Below are positions 9,978-22,359 of a DNA stretch of 34,845 nt, piece by piece. Made by a program: the position numbers and the translations under genes. How positions within the stretch are numbered: the first letter of the stretch is position 1; each line of letters opens with the position of its first letter. Below the pieces are notes generated by a model that searched no databases, was not told the DNA's origin, and saw nothing but the letters and a program-made list of their open reading frames with translations. The stretch comes from Folioceros fuciformis (taxonomy: Eukaryota), in contig JBNGIO010006142.1 of NCBI GenBank assembly GCA_049999805.1, positions 1 through 34,845 on the forward strand. The letters are read 5' to 3'.

Positions 9978-12900
9978 TTAGCTCCTGGATTGCTTTCTAT
10001 TCCAAGCAAAAAAGCCATGTACAACTCCGTCCATGTCTGTCCACCAGCTCTGGCCTGGCTGCTTCCAGGCCCTCAATTGTTTTCTCCTCGCCTGCATCTC
10101 ATGTGCCCGGTCCCACATCTGGGCAGATGTGTACAAGTTACACATCAATACATAAGCTGAGGCATCTTTTCTGTCTAGCTTTACAGCTTCATCGAAAGCA
10201 TGACGACCCACTTCCACGTTGTTCCACTTCCGACAAGCACTCAACAGCGTTTGCCAAAGCACGGCATTGGGTGGTAGAGGCATTGTCTGTACCACAGCTC
10301 GTGCCTCGTCCAGTCGACCTGCACGACCTAGGAGATCCACCATGCAGGTGTAATGCTCAACTGTGGGAGTGATGCCGTACTGTCTGCTCATGCCCTCAAA
10401 CAACTGTCTTCCAACGTTCACAAGACCAGCATGACTGCATACTGTTAGTATACTTAGGAATGTTACGCCAACTGGGGGTATGCCATCCTCTATCATTCTC
10501 TGGAACAAGCCCAATACCACTTCACTGTCCCCTTGGCAGGCGTAGCCCGCAATCAGCGCGCTCCAGGTGACGACATCTCTCTGAGGCAACGCATCAAACA
10601 CCTGCTGGGCATCAACCATGCTCCCACATTTTCCATACATGTTTATCAAACTGCCAGCTACAAACTTATCAACCTGAAGCTTTTGCTCCTCAATCTGTGC
10701 ATGTAGATGCCTCCCCAGATGCAAAGCTGCCACATTAGCACACGCCTGCAGCAGGCTCAAAAATGTCACAGAATTGGGCACAGCGATGCCTTCTTGTCGC
10801 ATGGCACTGTACAGACGAAGGGCTTCATAGCTCATACCCTGGTGGCTGTATCCTGCTATCATGGTCGTCCATGTCACCACATTTTTCTGCCCGAGTCCAT
10901 CAAACACCCTCTCAGCGTCTTCCAGCCTGCTACACTTTGCGTACATGTTTACTAAACTGCTCGCCACAAATCCATCACTGTCATATCCTTGTTCTCGTAT
11001 CTGCTTATGCAGCTGCCTCCCCTTCTCTAAAGCAGCCGTCCCTACACTCGCACATGCCTGCAGGGCGGAAGCAAATGTCCCACAATTAGGGACAGCGATA
11101 CCTTCGTCTTGCATAGCACTGTATAGCTGAAGGGCTTCCTGGCCCATTTCCTGCTGGGAATATCCTGCTATCATGGCATTCCATGTCACCACATCTTTTT
11201 GAGCAAGACCATTAAACACCCTGTGAGCTTTGATTAGGCTGCCGCACTTTGCATACATGTTTAGCAAACTGCTGGCTACAAACACATCAGCTTCATGTCC
11301 TCTTTCTCTAATTTGCGCATGGAGATGATTCCCCATCTCCAAGGCTGGGGCGCCCACACTTGCACATGCCTGCAGGAGGCACACAAAGGTCACAGAATTG
11401 GGGACAGCAACTCCTTCCTCTTGCATCGCAGTGTAGAGACGAAGGGCTTCATGGCCCATGCCCTGCTGCGAATACCCTGCAATTAGAGCAGTCCATGTCA
11501 CCACATCCTTCTGACAAAGTCCATCAAACACGCTTTTAGCGTCCTTCAAGCTGCCACACTTCGCATACATGCACACCAAACTGCTAGCTACAAACACATC
11601 AGCTTGGTGACCTCGTTTCCTGATTTGCGAATGAAGCTGAATCCCCTTCTCCAACGCTGCTGGAGTGCCCAGACTCGCACATGCCTGCAGGAGGCACACG
11701 AATGTCACCGAATTGGGTACAGCCATACCTTCATCTTCCATAGCACTGTAAAGACGGAGAGCTTCCTGGCCCATCCCCCGCTGGGAATACCGTGCTATCA
11801 TGGCATTCCAGGTCACTACACTTTTCTCACTAAGGCCATCAAATACTTTTTGCGCATCTTCCAAGCTGCCGCACTTTGCATACATATGTACCAAACAGTT
11901 GGCTACAAACACATCAGCCTGGTGTCCCCGTTCCCTGATTTGTACATGGAGCTGCTTCCCCTTTTTCAATGCCGGGGCCCCCACACTTGCACATGCTTGC
12001 AAGAGGCACAGAAACGTCACGGAATCAGGTTCAACGATGCCCTCTTCTTCCATAACCCCGTAGAGGCGAAGGGCGTCATCCCCCAAGCCGTGGTCAGCAT
12101 AAGCTGCTATCATGGCATTCCATGTTACCACATTTTTTTTCTCAAGCCCGTCAAACACTTTTTGCGCGTCTGCCAAGCTGCCACACTTTGCATACATGTC
12201 CACCAGGCAACTGCACACGAACAAATCAGGCTCAACGCCACTAGCCATGACATCAGCATGCACCTGCTGCCCAGTTTCCAAGTCTGACCCCCTTGCACAA
12301 GCCTGAAGGGCTGCCACAAATACATGGCCGTCTGGCTTCACACTTGACATGCGCATCCGACGATACAGCTGCACAGCCTGCTGGTCTTGACCGTGCTCTA
12401 CGTGCGCAGAAATTATGGACGACCACATGAAGGCATCTGGGGCGGCAACCATGGTGAACACATCCATCGCTTCTTGCAACCTGCCATGAGAGGCATACAT
12501 CCGAAGGATATGGTTGCACAGGAACGTGTCCGACTGGTGCCCCTTTCTCACGGCCAAAGCATGGACCCGGCGACCCAGAACCAGGTCCTTCTTCAGTAGA
12601 CATTTCTTTAGGACTCTATACAGAGTAGATGTTGATAGACGGCAGTCCGTCTGCACAATAACTCCAAGAGCCTCGACAGCCTCACTGACTCGGCTCAGAT
12701 CACATAGCTTGATAACGGTTTCAGTGCCCAATACAGAATTGTCCAGCAAGCTCCAGTCGGGCTTCGAGGTCTCGCAGTTTGAGAGCGCTTGATTCCCAAA
12801 AGTCGAGTGAGACGGACGTCTTCCGTGGATTCCTGTCAAATCAGCAATTTGCTTGACTCGTTTGTGACGATCCAGAATCTCATGGCTCGTAGGCCCATGC

Positions 12901-13134
12901 GCTGAGCGAGGTGCAAGAGATAACGAACCAGTGTGCTGCATCTATTTGAACGAGCCAGAGGCACGGCACTGACCATAGAACACAGGACTTCGGCACTTTC
13001 ATTTCACTCTTAAAGTCGTTTGACGGCACCTCCCAGGCCTTGTCACACTTCAGGGCAAGCCAGTGAAGTTTTCGACTCGGAAGGCGACACCAGGGAAAAA
13101 TCACCGCGTACTGTTTATCGAAACGGGATATCAT
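9978..13134 (-). CDS. PLS-class pentatricopeptide repeat protein with E1/E2 domains and a truncated WW-type PG box (E+); organellar RNA-editing specificity factor. Main exon 12941-9978, probable short first exon 13134-13030
   Basis: Repeated PLS motifs (MYAKCGSL.DA..VFD, VVTWNAMIA.Y, P.SVTF.CLLQACA), L2/S2 motifs (CSHAGLV..G, EHYTCMVDLLGRAG), E domains, and the ending WKQPGQSWWTDMDGVVHGF. An AG acceptor directly precedes ATG 12941, and a GT donor at 13029 gives an 88-nt phase-0 intron (this first exon is inferred). Confidence 0.95.
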
Positions 13135-13605
13135 CGTACAAGTGGAACTACTTCCAAAAGAACCTCCCTAGGACTTAAGCTCTTCGACCGCGCAGATTTA
13201 CAAGAACTGTCAGACACTACATAGTACTCAACAACCTCGGTAGTATTCTCGCGACGGCCTATGTCATGGCCCGAACGTAACGAGCAGAGCTGGCTTGTTG
13301 GACAACTTCAACTCCGGAATAAGCGCTCCATCTGCTGACTGTTGAGCTCCAGGAATATCTCGCCCTTCCGAAGCAGTCTGCGTCCTCCTCGTAGTCCCAA
13401 GGTCATTTTCTGGAAGCAACAATTGGATCCTTCGTATCTCACAAAAAGCAATCAGACAGCGAAGCTCATGAGCATCAACAGGTTCCTCCTTAAAAAGCCT
13501 CCATACCAGGAGACCAGCAAGTTGGCCATCAAGACAGCTCCTGCTGCAGAAACAGCCCAGGCTGCCTGCAAGGCCCGCCAACCTCCGTCGACAGGTTGTT
13601 CAGCA

Positions 13606-15413
13606 TCAGGCCTCTTCTCTCCTCGTACCATTACCATGGATGATATTGTACTTGCACAGTGGGCAAGTAGCATTTATGCGGAGCCACTTATCAATGCATG
13701 CACAGTGGAAGTGATGTAGACAAGGAAGCTCCCGCAACTCTGCTCCATCATCGTACGAAGAGAGGCAGATGCAGCATTCCTGGTTCAGAAGTCAGGGAGG
13801 TGTGTTAGGTTCAGAAACAAAGTCAATAACCTTGGCCAGGGAACGATTAACCAGATGCTTACCGCATCCTCTGCGGGTATCGCCCGCTCGGTGACATCTT
13901 CAGAAGGACTGACCAGTCCCATGACCCCAGCAAATGCTCCGCTGGCCTTCTCCCCGCTACTCTTGTCCATTCCCCCCGTCCGCCTGAACTTGTACTTAGG
14001 TAGAGAGCTTATATCTTCCTCAGATGCACCTTCCTGATCCAGACAAGGAGAAAAGAGTTTAAGGGCATGAGACAGAAAAACTATCGATCAGCAGCACTGT
14101 CTTATCACAGAGAAACTGGACTGTTTGCTTTCGGTGATTTTTGGGCAAGCCTTCGGGCAATTAACTGCTGAATACAGACAGAACAGCCACTTGAAAACAG
14201 GTCAAATACCTGATCAGCCACTGCGTAGAGAATTGCTATGATACAGGGTAGGCAGCAGCAGACGGCAATGCCAATGACACATGCAAGAGCCACGCAAAAG
14301 ACTACAAAGAAGACATCGAAAGCTAAAAACACCACACAGAGCCTGCACAGAAGCCACACCTAGCCGTCAGAACCGACCGTCACTTGGGGACGAAAACCTG
14401 TAGTTTTGCAACATTCAGAAGCTGCGCGGGCGACGAGTGAGGCAGCATACCAGTACAGCCTGGGAGAATCGTGAGTCAACGTCTGACCTCCAGCCGTTAT
14501 CCAGTAGAAACCAACAATCCACCAAACAAAGGAGAAAATGGTGTTGACCGACTCGAGGCGCTTGGCAATGCTGCATGAACGAGCACCACAGACAAGACGA
14601 AAGCTTCCAGATGAGCATAGAGCCAACTATGTGTAAGCAGGGCGTGACGACAACAAGTGACCCATCAGCAAAGAAAAAGAGCAAATCACTCTCCTACTTA
14701 GCCAGCTGATAACATAACCTGAGCACATATCCAGAGAATGCGACTCGCGGCTAAAACCCTAACATTGTACCATCCAACACCTGCAGAAACGTGGGGGACT
14801 GGGGAAAATGCTGACGGACAAACCTGGCTCCCTCAACCGTGGTCTCCTCCTCATCGGACTCAGCGTCCGGCTCCGACTCACCGAGCTCAGGATCGTCATG
14901 GTTCGGCGCGACAGGCGCTGCAGCATGCTGAGCGGGCGGCTGGACGTTCCGGAGCCGCCGCCGCCTTCTATACTCACAGCAAACACAAAGCATGTGCAGC
15001 ATGCACTGCAACGCATACCCGAGCACCCAAAGCCGCAGATGGGTCCGCGGCTTCTCTTGCTTGCTTAGAAAAAGCACGACCAGCGCCACCACCACAAAAG
15101 CCAAATTCCAAATCAGGTCCAAAACCACGACAGGCCGGGAATAGGCCCAGTCGCTCTGCCGCTCCTCCAACTGCTCCGCGGCCGACTCCCTGACCAGCAT
15201 GGACGGCTCCCTCATCAGCCGGCGGCTACTAGCCCGGCGCAGAAAACGCGCTGCTCCCTGTACTCCCACTCTTCTGGCCCCGCTCCCCGACCCGGCCCCG
15301 GGCCCGGCCCCAGACCTAGCCCCTTCCTCATCCACTCTAGCGAGCAGCGGCGTGGCGTCTATCACGACATCCGAAGCCGAAGTAGAGGGCCGCAACACCC
15401 GCCCCCGATCCAT
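13606..15413 (-). CDS. Transmembrane RING-H2 E3 ubiquitin ligase (At1g63170/At4g11680-like). Exons 15413-14824, 14570-14451, 14342-14210, 14033-13863, 13779-13606; 395 aa
   Basis: Motifs [45 protein letters not shown] and RING-H2 CCICL...[22 protein letters not shown]. All introns are GT-AG and the exons total 1188 nt. Confidence 0.95.
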
Positions 15414-16382
15414 CTCCTCCCTCCCGCTCCCCCTACGATGACACAGTGCAAATTCCTTGGCCCTCCACCTGCCCCTGGCGCTTCCCCTTCCCTCCCCTAG
15501 CCTACTGCCTCACTTGGTCGAGCATTTCAAAGCTACCTCCTCCGCCGCACCTGTTTCCAAACACGCCGCGGCGTCCTTGCTCCTCCATCTCTTTACATTG
15601 GCCATGTAGTCTTCCCGGCATCAGCAGCAGAAGCAGCAGCACCAGCAAGAGGCTCAGCAACAGTGTCGTCCGGCCAGAGAACCCCGTCCAGTCGGTCCAT
15701 GGCGCATTCCCCAGCACCTTCGCGCCCCCGATTGCTCGCTGGCTACGCCGACAGGAGGCGGAAGTAGCAGGGCGGGCAAAGCGCAGGCGAGGGCGGGCTC
15801 CACGAAGGCCGCGGGAGCAAGGGCCTGGCAGAGACTAGGCAGGCAGGCTGGAAGAAAGACGAAAGAAGAGATGATGAGAGCGAGCAGGCGTGGAAGTAGA
15901 GTGGGGCGGCATGCGCAAGCCGTGCCCAGCCGCGCCATGCACCGCCTTCTGTCCCGCTGCGCATTTCTAAAGCTGCCGCTACGTCACGGGATGGGCACCA
16001 AGCAAAAACACCGAGGTCGACGACGTGGGTCCATGTGACGGCTCCAACTAGGGTGCGAATTCAATTTCCGTCTACCTTTCCCACTTTTCTATGCTCTTCC
16101 CCTTTTCCCAAATATAATATACAGATCACCCACATCACAGAACAATATCATCCCCAGGCGTATCCTCCCTCCCTGCCTGTGCATTTCCCACTAACACACC
16201 ACCCTAACCCTAACCCTACCAACTCAACGTGATTAACATGCATGGAAGAACATTTTTTTTGAAGTCTGTTATTTGTTTGCTTTATTATAACTGGAATACT
16301 TTCCTTCACTACTTTATTCATTATATTTTTCCCTCCTTGCTTTCATTTGAGAAGTTGTGTTCTTGTGTCCTTACTATCTATC

Positions 16383-16786
16383 ATGAACTCTTATGCATCA
16401 TTCAAACACCTATGTGTTTTATGGGTGATATTTATGTATCCAATTTCAGCTTTAATCCTTGTAAATCCAGATATTACTTTTGTTGACATGCAGTGTGAGG
16501 CACAAGAATTTGGTTTCTGGCAAAGCATAATCTTCTATGACTACGTGCTTGAGGCTGTAGATGACATGGTAGTCTCAGGAGCCAAAAATTTTCCGCACCT
16601 TCCATATGCAATTTCTATATTTCAAATAGATGCTCAAGTCGATTGCAAGATGAAAAATCCCACAATGATGGATGCATCACAATGTTATTCTTGCCTCAAT
16701 TTCATTTGGTCTGAATTGAAGAAACTATGTCCCAAAAAGACTTTTGCTTCTTATACAGTAAGTGATTGTCATATTCAATATAGGTT
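16383..16786 (+). CDS. Ginkbilobin-2/DUF26 (stress-antifungal)-like secreted cysteine-rich protein, 3' end lost in the N gap
   Basis: Signal-peptide-like N-terminus (MNSYASFKHLCVLWVIFMYPISA), then PDITFVDMQC ... C-x12-C-x2-C ... LCPKKTFASYTVSDCHIQY. This parallels Gnk2 as I recall it (NTAFVSSAC...C-x8-C-x2-C...DCFIQYE). Confidence 0.75.
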
Positions 16787-17174
16787 NNNNNNNNNNNNNN
16801 NNNNNNNNNNNNNNNNNNNNNNNNNNNNNNNNNNNNNNNNNNNNNNNNNNNNNNNNNNNNNNNNNNNNNNNNNNNNNNNNNNNNNNAAAAATATATAATT
16901 TAATTCTTATACTAATATAAATATAGTCATATATAATTTTTATTTCAAAAATTATATGATAAAAGGGGCAAGCTTCTTTAGTTACAAAGAAGCTTGCTTC
17001 AAAACAGGTGTCTTTGAGTGCCGTCCATCGCCTAAGAGAAGTGGCACCAAGACCACTAGTGACCATAGGCTCCTCTCCTTCCTTCCACGATGTATATCCT
17101 ACCATATATAATTTGATTATAATTTGAGGTTTGAGCTTTGAGTTGCCACAGGCTGCAACCAGATCAAGCAGCGG

Positions 17175-19226
17175 TCACTTTACTGGGGCAACCTGAGGAA
17201 AAGAAGGATCCTGCCCTAGGTTTCTTAAATTTTCGAAGTTCACGGATCCCTGGGTCAGAAATCGAAACGTCTCCTGATACAGGCTTGCCCAGTACCTGTT
17301 GGTCATTCCTTGACTGACCTGTAACAGCACGTCTTAGCCGTATTAGAACAAGCAGTTCACTCTGGCCAACCAAGTGTGGATCACCGGCAGAGGAACAATC
17401 AAGTTCCACTAGTAACAAGCCGCCCTCACCTCTGTAGGGTCCACCATTGGATGCGGTACCCGCTGGGATGCGACGTACATGCCCTCCAAATGTGGAACTC
17501 CAGTTCCCTCTGCATACGAGGCAAGCCAGAAAGGGGGAAAGTGGCCTGGTTATGATCTGTCACCCAACAAACCATCGTCGAGTTGAGTGAAGGGAAGTTA
17601 CCGGCGAATTGGATCATGCTTGCGGTGAACGCCTTGTTTGCAGGGATGTTTGCTGAGTCATCGTTTTCAGTGAGCATCAAGAACGTGGGAACAGCTGACA
17701 AAGTTTGAGCTTGGCGTATCACAGAGTTGCCGAAAACATCGGTGGCGGCGAAGCATCCGACTGTGAACTGAAGCTTTGGATCCCAACCGGACTCCTTCAC
17801 ATCCAGTGGCCCGGCTATTAAAGAGAACTGTCTCTTCACCTCATTCACCTCCTGCGAGACAATTGTTAATACAACGTGTCCTGAAGAAGCCTAATACCTA
17901 TGGAGGAAAGCAGCATGAAGGAGGCCTGACCTTCAGAAGAGGAGCATAAGCCACAACCTTGGAGACTCTGTTCGGATGGGCAGCTGCCAGACTAAGAGCA
18001 ACTGCTCCTCCAACTGACAAGCCAACAGTGAAAGCCGGACCTGGAAGTGCCTCGATCTCAGCAAGCCGAGCCTCAGCGTCGTGTAGATAATTCATATGTG
18101 AGGAATCGTAAAACCTACCTTGCACAACACGCTTCACATGTCAGACATACGTGGAAACCAACCTCCAGTGGCAGTGTGGAGCAACATGTTATGTTTGAGG
18201 ATAGCATCCTCTTACTTGTTGAATGCGTCCGAATATCCCCCCTCATTGATAGCCGTGACGATTGCCTCCATGTCGGGCGATAGGGCATTGATCCTTTGCT
18301 TCAGCGACTCTAGCTGCAGCCTTGGAAATTAGTGACACCAAACACGAAACACTAGCAAGGCAGAAATCCGGCTGGACTTAAGGAGCAGCAGCTGACCTGC
18401 TCCTGGCTAACGTCAGAGACTCTGTCAACAGCTGCCAAGGCTCCAGATAAAACTGGATCCTGCAAGAACTTCTGCCTAACAGAACCTTTCCACTGCAATT
18501 TCAAGTCAACCTGCCACCGACCTCCTAAGTGAGCTCCAAAGGACTGGACACACGAAATCACGCGCATATCTGCGAGCACTCATTCATACATACCTGAGGC
18601 CAGTTTTTGTCAGGGTTGACAAGATAGTGGTTGGAGATGGAGGGCTGGTACACATTGAAGCCATTATCAAACAGATACTGTGCGAGACGCCATGTCTGGT
18701 CAGGCTTAGACGAAAATCCGTGGAACACGAGCACAGTGCCGTAGACGGGTGCCCCCTCTTCGTGCAGGAGATAGTATGGAAGAGCTCCCTCTCGCCTCTC
18801 AGGATTGCGTGAAAGAGGTACCAGAAAGTTGTCAATGCGCTCTTTAGTCTGCACTTCCCAGAAGCAGTGATCCTTCACGGGATGCAGCATACAAACTCCA
18901 ACTACACCTGAGTACTTACTCACACTCGGGACACTCACCTTGGCAATTTGATCCGCGGTGAGGACAAACGAGTCGATCCTTCCGAGACGCTTTTCCACCA
19001 GATTTTCGTTGGTAGCTGCCGCAGCTCTAACGCTGAGATCGTGCCTGCCTGCAGCTCCCCACTTTCTACCTTTTCCAACGAGCTGCTGGCTCCAGAGCGG
19101 GGAATGCCTCACCTGCTTCCGACCCAAGTACACGTTTGGCAGCTCCTTCCGCTGCGCACAGGCTCCTCCGAGCTGTCTGTTCAGCTGCACGGTCACCGAA
19201 TTCTGCACCTGGCCCGCCCACGCCAT
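17175..19226 (-). CDS. Plastid-targeted alpha/beta-fold hydrolase (esterase/lipase-like). Exons 19226-18939, 18848-18594, 18510-18397, 18313-18216, 18114-17931, 17851-17602, 17509-17430, 17318-17175; 470 aa
   Basis: Transit-peptide-like N-terminus ending VRAAAA, oxyanion motif LVFHGF, nucleophile GLSVGG, candidate catalytic Asp (TENDDSA) and His (VPHPMVDP). Seven GT-AG introns; exons total 1413 nt. Confidence 0.88.
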
Positions 19227-21226
19227 GGAGGGCAGATGCAAAGCCCTGCCGTGCCTGCCAGGAATCCTCCTGCATGCAACCGGCCAGCTTCACGACTCGT
19301 GAGGCATCTGCCGTCGCTCCCCAACAGGAAAGTGGCTGCTAGACGGCCAATCCGTCGAGATGGAAATGATAGGAAGATCATTCTATACACATAGATCCCC
19401 GGTAGCGGACAAGGTGGATGAGTTCGCAATAGGCCATAGCCACTTACCAGTGTATTTCCTGTCAGTGCATTTTGCTAAGGTGGACGCACGCGACAGGCCA
19501 AAAGAACGCCATGCATGGCTGAATTCGAAGCGCAGGTTCAAAACCAAGCAGAAGTGATCTCGAAAAGAGATGAAATGATGTCCACGCTAATCTTAAGTTC
19601 CCGTCGTCTAAGCCTCAGTCTTCGAAACAACTGATGGTTTGAATTTTCCGGTAACTTGAAGAAAGAATTCACGAATGAGGGAGGCAGAGATAGCAACCTG
19701 ACGCCATCAGAGCCACGCCCAGACGACAGGAGTCAGAGTCGGGGGCAAAACCAACTATCAACAGCTACAGTTCATGCAGACCAGGCAGGAATTACCACAC
19801 TGCCCACGTGATTCACGCCACAACAATGCAAAATGCAGTCCAGCTGTCTCACCTTGTGCGAAACCAAATAGGTGGATTCTTCCGCCCACATTAAGCATGA
19901 AGAAGCAGGTGGTGGAGTGACAGGCGTTAACAACAAGTCGTACTCATTTCTTCCAGCACCTGCGAGAGAGGCTGAACTCACCTGTCATGTTTCCGTCACA
20001 GCTCGTGCGAAGCACATCGACCACTTTTTCCGGCCCAGTTCTTGTTAGGTAGAGACTGTTTACCTCCTCCTGTCGAGCCTAAATGCTTGCCAGATGATCG
20101 TCAAATTTTTCCTTTCCAAAATACAAGCTCGATACAACCTTAAAACCACATTCTCAACGATCAAGAGACTTGTGACCCAGACCACCTCCGCATCATACAA
20201 AGAGACCAAACTTTTTCAAGCAGAAGGCTGAATCACTTCCCAGCCCTGATCGTGCGACGTGAACCATGGCCGCATGAAACAAACCCTGCTTTTTCTTTCC
20301 AATATCCATGGGTTTGCAACCCGTGATTGCCGAGCGAAACATGTGCATCTTCTTCACAGACTGTTACCCATGTGCAACTTCTTCAGGATATGGTGGGTAC
20401 AAACAAGGCTAGTGTTGCAGTTTGAAGTAACGAGAGTGTCTTAGCTTGCAAGACCTGCAAACCTACGCGGCAACAGGAGAGGACAGCACCCAACCCAAAT
20501 TACACAGCTGCTGATCAAAAGCTGTAGCCAAGGAGCTAACATTTCATGAAGCTGAGGGCAGGCATGTCCCTGAAGAAAAGGGAAGCAAGAGGCACACAAG
20601 AGCATACGAGGTGTGCGTGTCGCCCGGCCCGAGAGGGACAAGTAGACTATTTTCGTCACCACCATTCACACTGAGATAACCACGATTAAGGGAGTTAGAA
20701 CTGCTCAGAGCTTAAGAGGGCAACAGGAAGGACACTAAAACCCAACAGACGAGATATTCTTTAATCGAAGTCCGGAGTGAAACAACTCAGTTCATAAGGG
20801 CAGTTTCCGGAACAATTTGGTCCTGTACTTAGCTGAGCAATTTCCCAGTCAGGTCTTCTTTCGTCTTCTTTCGCTGCACTATGACGACACGTATCTGCCG
20901 ATACGTGGGCCGCCTAATCCTACACCGCGTGAGACGCACCAGAGATGCAAGTGACCGAGCAACAAATGACACGTCAGATGGGAGTTCCAGCCAGATGTGT
21001 GTGAGGTTCACCTCGAATTGGCAGGCAGTACTGCACTAACGAACCTACCGGCAGGGAGCACAGCGAAAGCATGCTTCCACAGCTCCACACGCAGCACAAA
21101 GTGTCATGTTCTCACTTCCCCCAAACTGGGATAGTTAGTTCTAGTACTCATTATGTGTTGGTACAAGACGTCCTGGGGTGAGATTTAATTGCCATATCCA
21201 GACTTCGCAGTATGGTTGATGGAATT

Positions 21227-22359
21227 CTAGACAGCACTAGTTGCTGGTGACCCCTGCATTCCTTCCCTTTCCTCCACTTCATCCTCCTCCTCATCTTCGT
21301 CCACGTCTAAATCATTATCTAACTCCGCGTCAAGTGAGACTCGCTTCTCCAAAAGTGGGGGCGGCTCGCAGTCCTTCTTGACAGCCTCCTTCATTCTCAT
21401 CACTAGGTGCCTTATAACTCTGTCATCCTTGTCTAACAACCTCTTCAGATCATTGATTTTGTCATAACCAACTTCAATATTCATGAGAACATAATTGGCT
21501 TTCCAAGCATTTCTGATTCTGTAGGCAAGCGGTCTCAGCCCCCAGTCGTTGAGCCTCCATATAATACCTCGATTGTCTCCTATAAACCCTGCACAAACGT
21601 TTCACATTGGTCACTGGAGCTGACAGCTGATGGAGCTATGTGCAGAAGGAGACCTCTACCAACTAGTCGGCTAAAGACTGGATACCTTTAACCTTCTCAA
21701 TCACGGCAGGAACTTCCTCAAGGTTGCCTTCATGTATCAAGAACATGATTTCATAGTGATTTCCTACAAGAGTGGATCACGATGAACATGTCGTCGACCT
21801 TGAGAACGGAGTCTTCGACTGCACGCACATGATATTCAAGAAGCCAAAAACATTCCACTTACGTTTGTCCGTCAGCACCACAGTTTCTCGCCTAAGATCC
21901 AAAAAGGTATCCACTTCATCTGCCAATGCCGGTCATAAATGCGTCAGAAACCTGGTGCCAGCGGGGTGAAAACAATCCTGTTTTGATCTTCAACGCATGG
22001 GCAATGCTCCTAACCTAAGGTGATCTCCTCAAAGTTTGGTGACGATTTCTCTAGCCGCTGGCGATCTCGTTCTCTCCTTCCAAGTGGAGACGGTCCGTCG
22101 GGCTGCGCTCTGCATATCTGTGCCTAAGAAGAAATTGAAACATGTAAGAAAACAAGACAGCGAAACCTTGCGGAGATCTCCCACCGTGATGACTCACATG
22201 CAAAGTGGTCTCCTGGCGAAACAAGCCGCTGAAGCACAACCCCTGGACACAAGGGAAGGAGAAGGACGTGCTGGGGACAGATTGCGACGGAGCGCTTGCC
22301 ACATTCCTTGTAAATTCAGGAGTAATCGCCGCGACGCGAACGGAGTACACAGATACCAT
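21227..22359 (-). CDS. RFC3: Plastid ribosomal protein bS6-like, RFC3 type. Exons 22359-22198, 22123-22015, 21919-21863, 21763-21686, 21588-21227; 255 aa
   Basis: Transit peptide ending ICRAQ, then HYEIMFLIHE, WRLNDWGLRPLAYRI, YVLMN, DDRVIRHLV, DC.PPP and an acidic tail, as in RFC3-type bS6. GT-AG introns; exons total 768 nt. Confidence 0.88.

Noticed and set aside
15502..15938. Possible uORFs or signal-peptide ORF upstream of the RING gene
   Set aside because: The 71-aa ORF starts with GTG and its Leu run derives from a CTG microsatellite in GC-rich leader DNA; no conserved peptide was recognised.
16201..16218. (ACCCTA)3, resembling TTAGGG-type telomere repeat
   Set aside because: Only three units; compatible with a simple microsatellite or telo-box-like motif.
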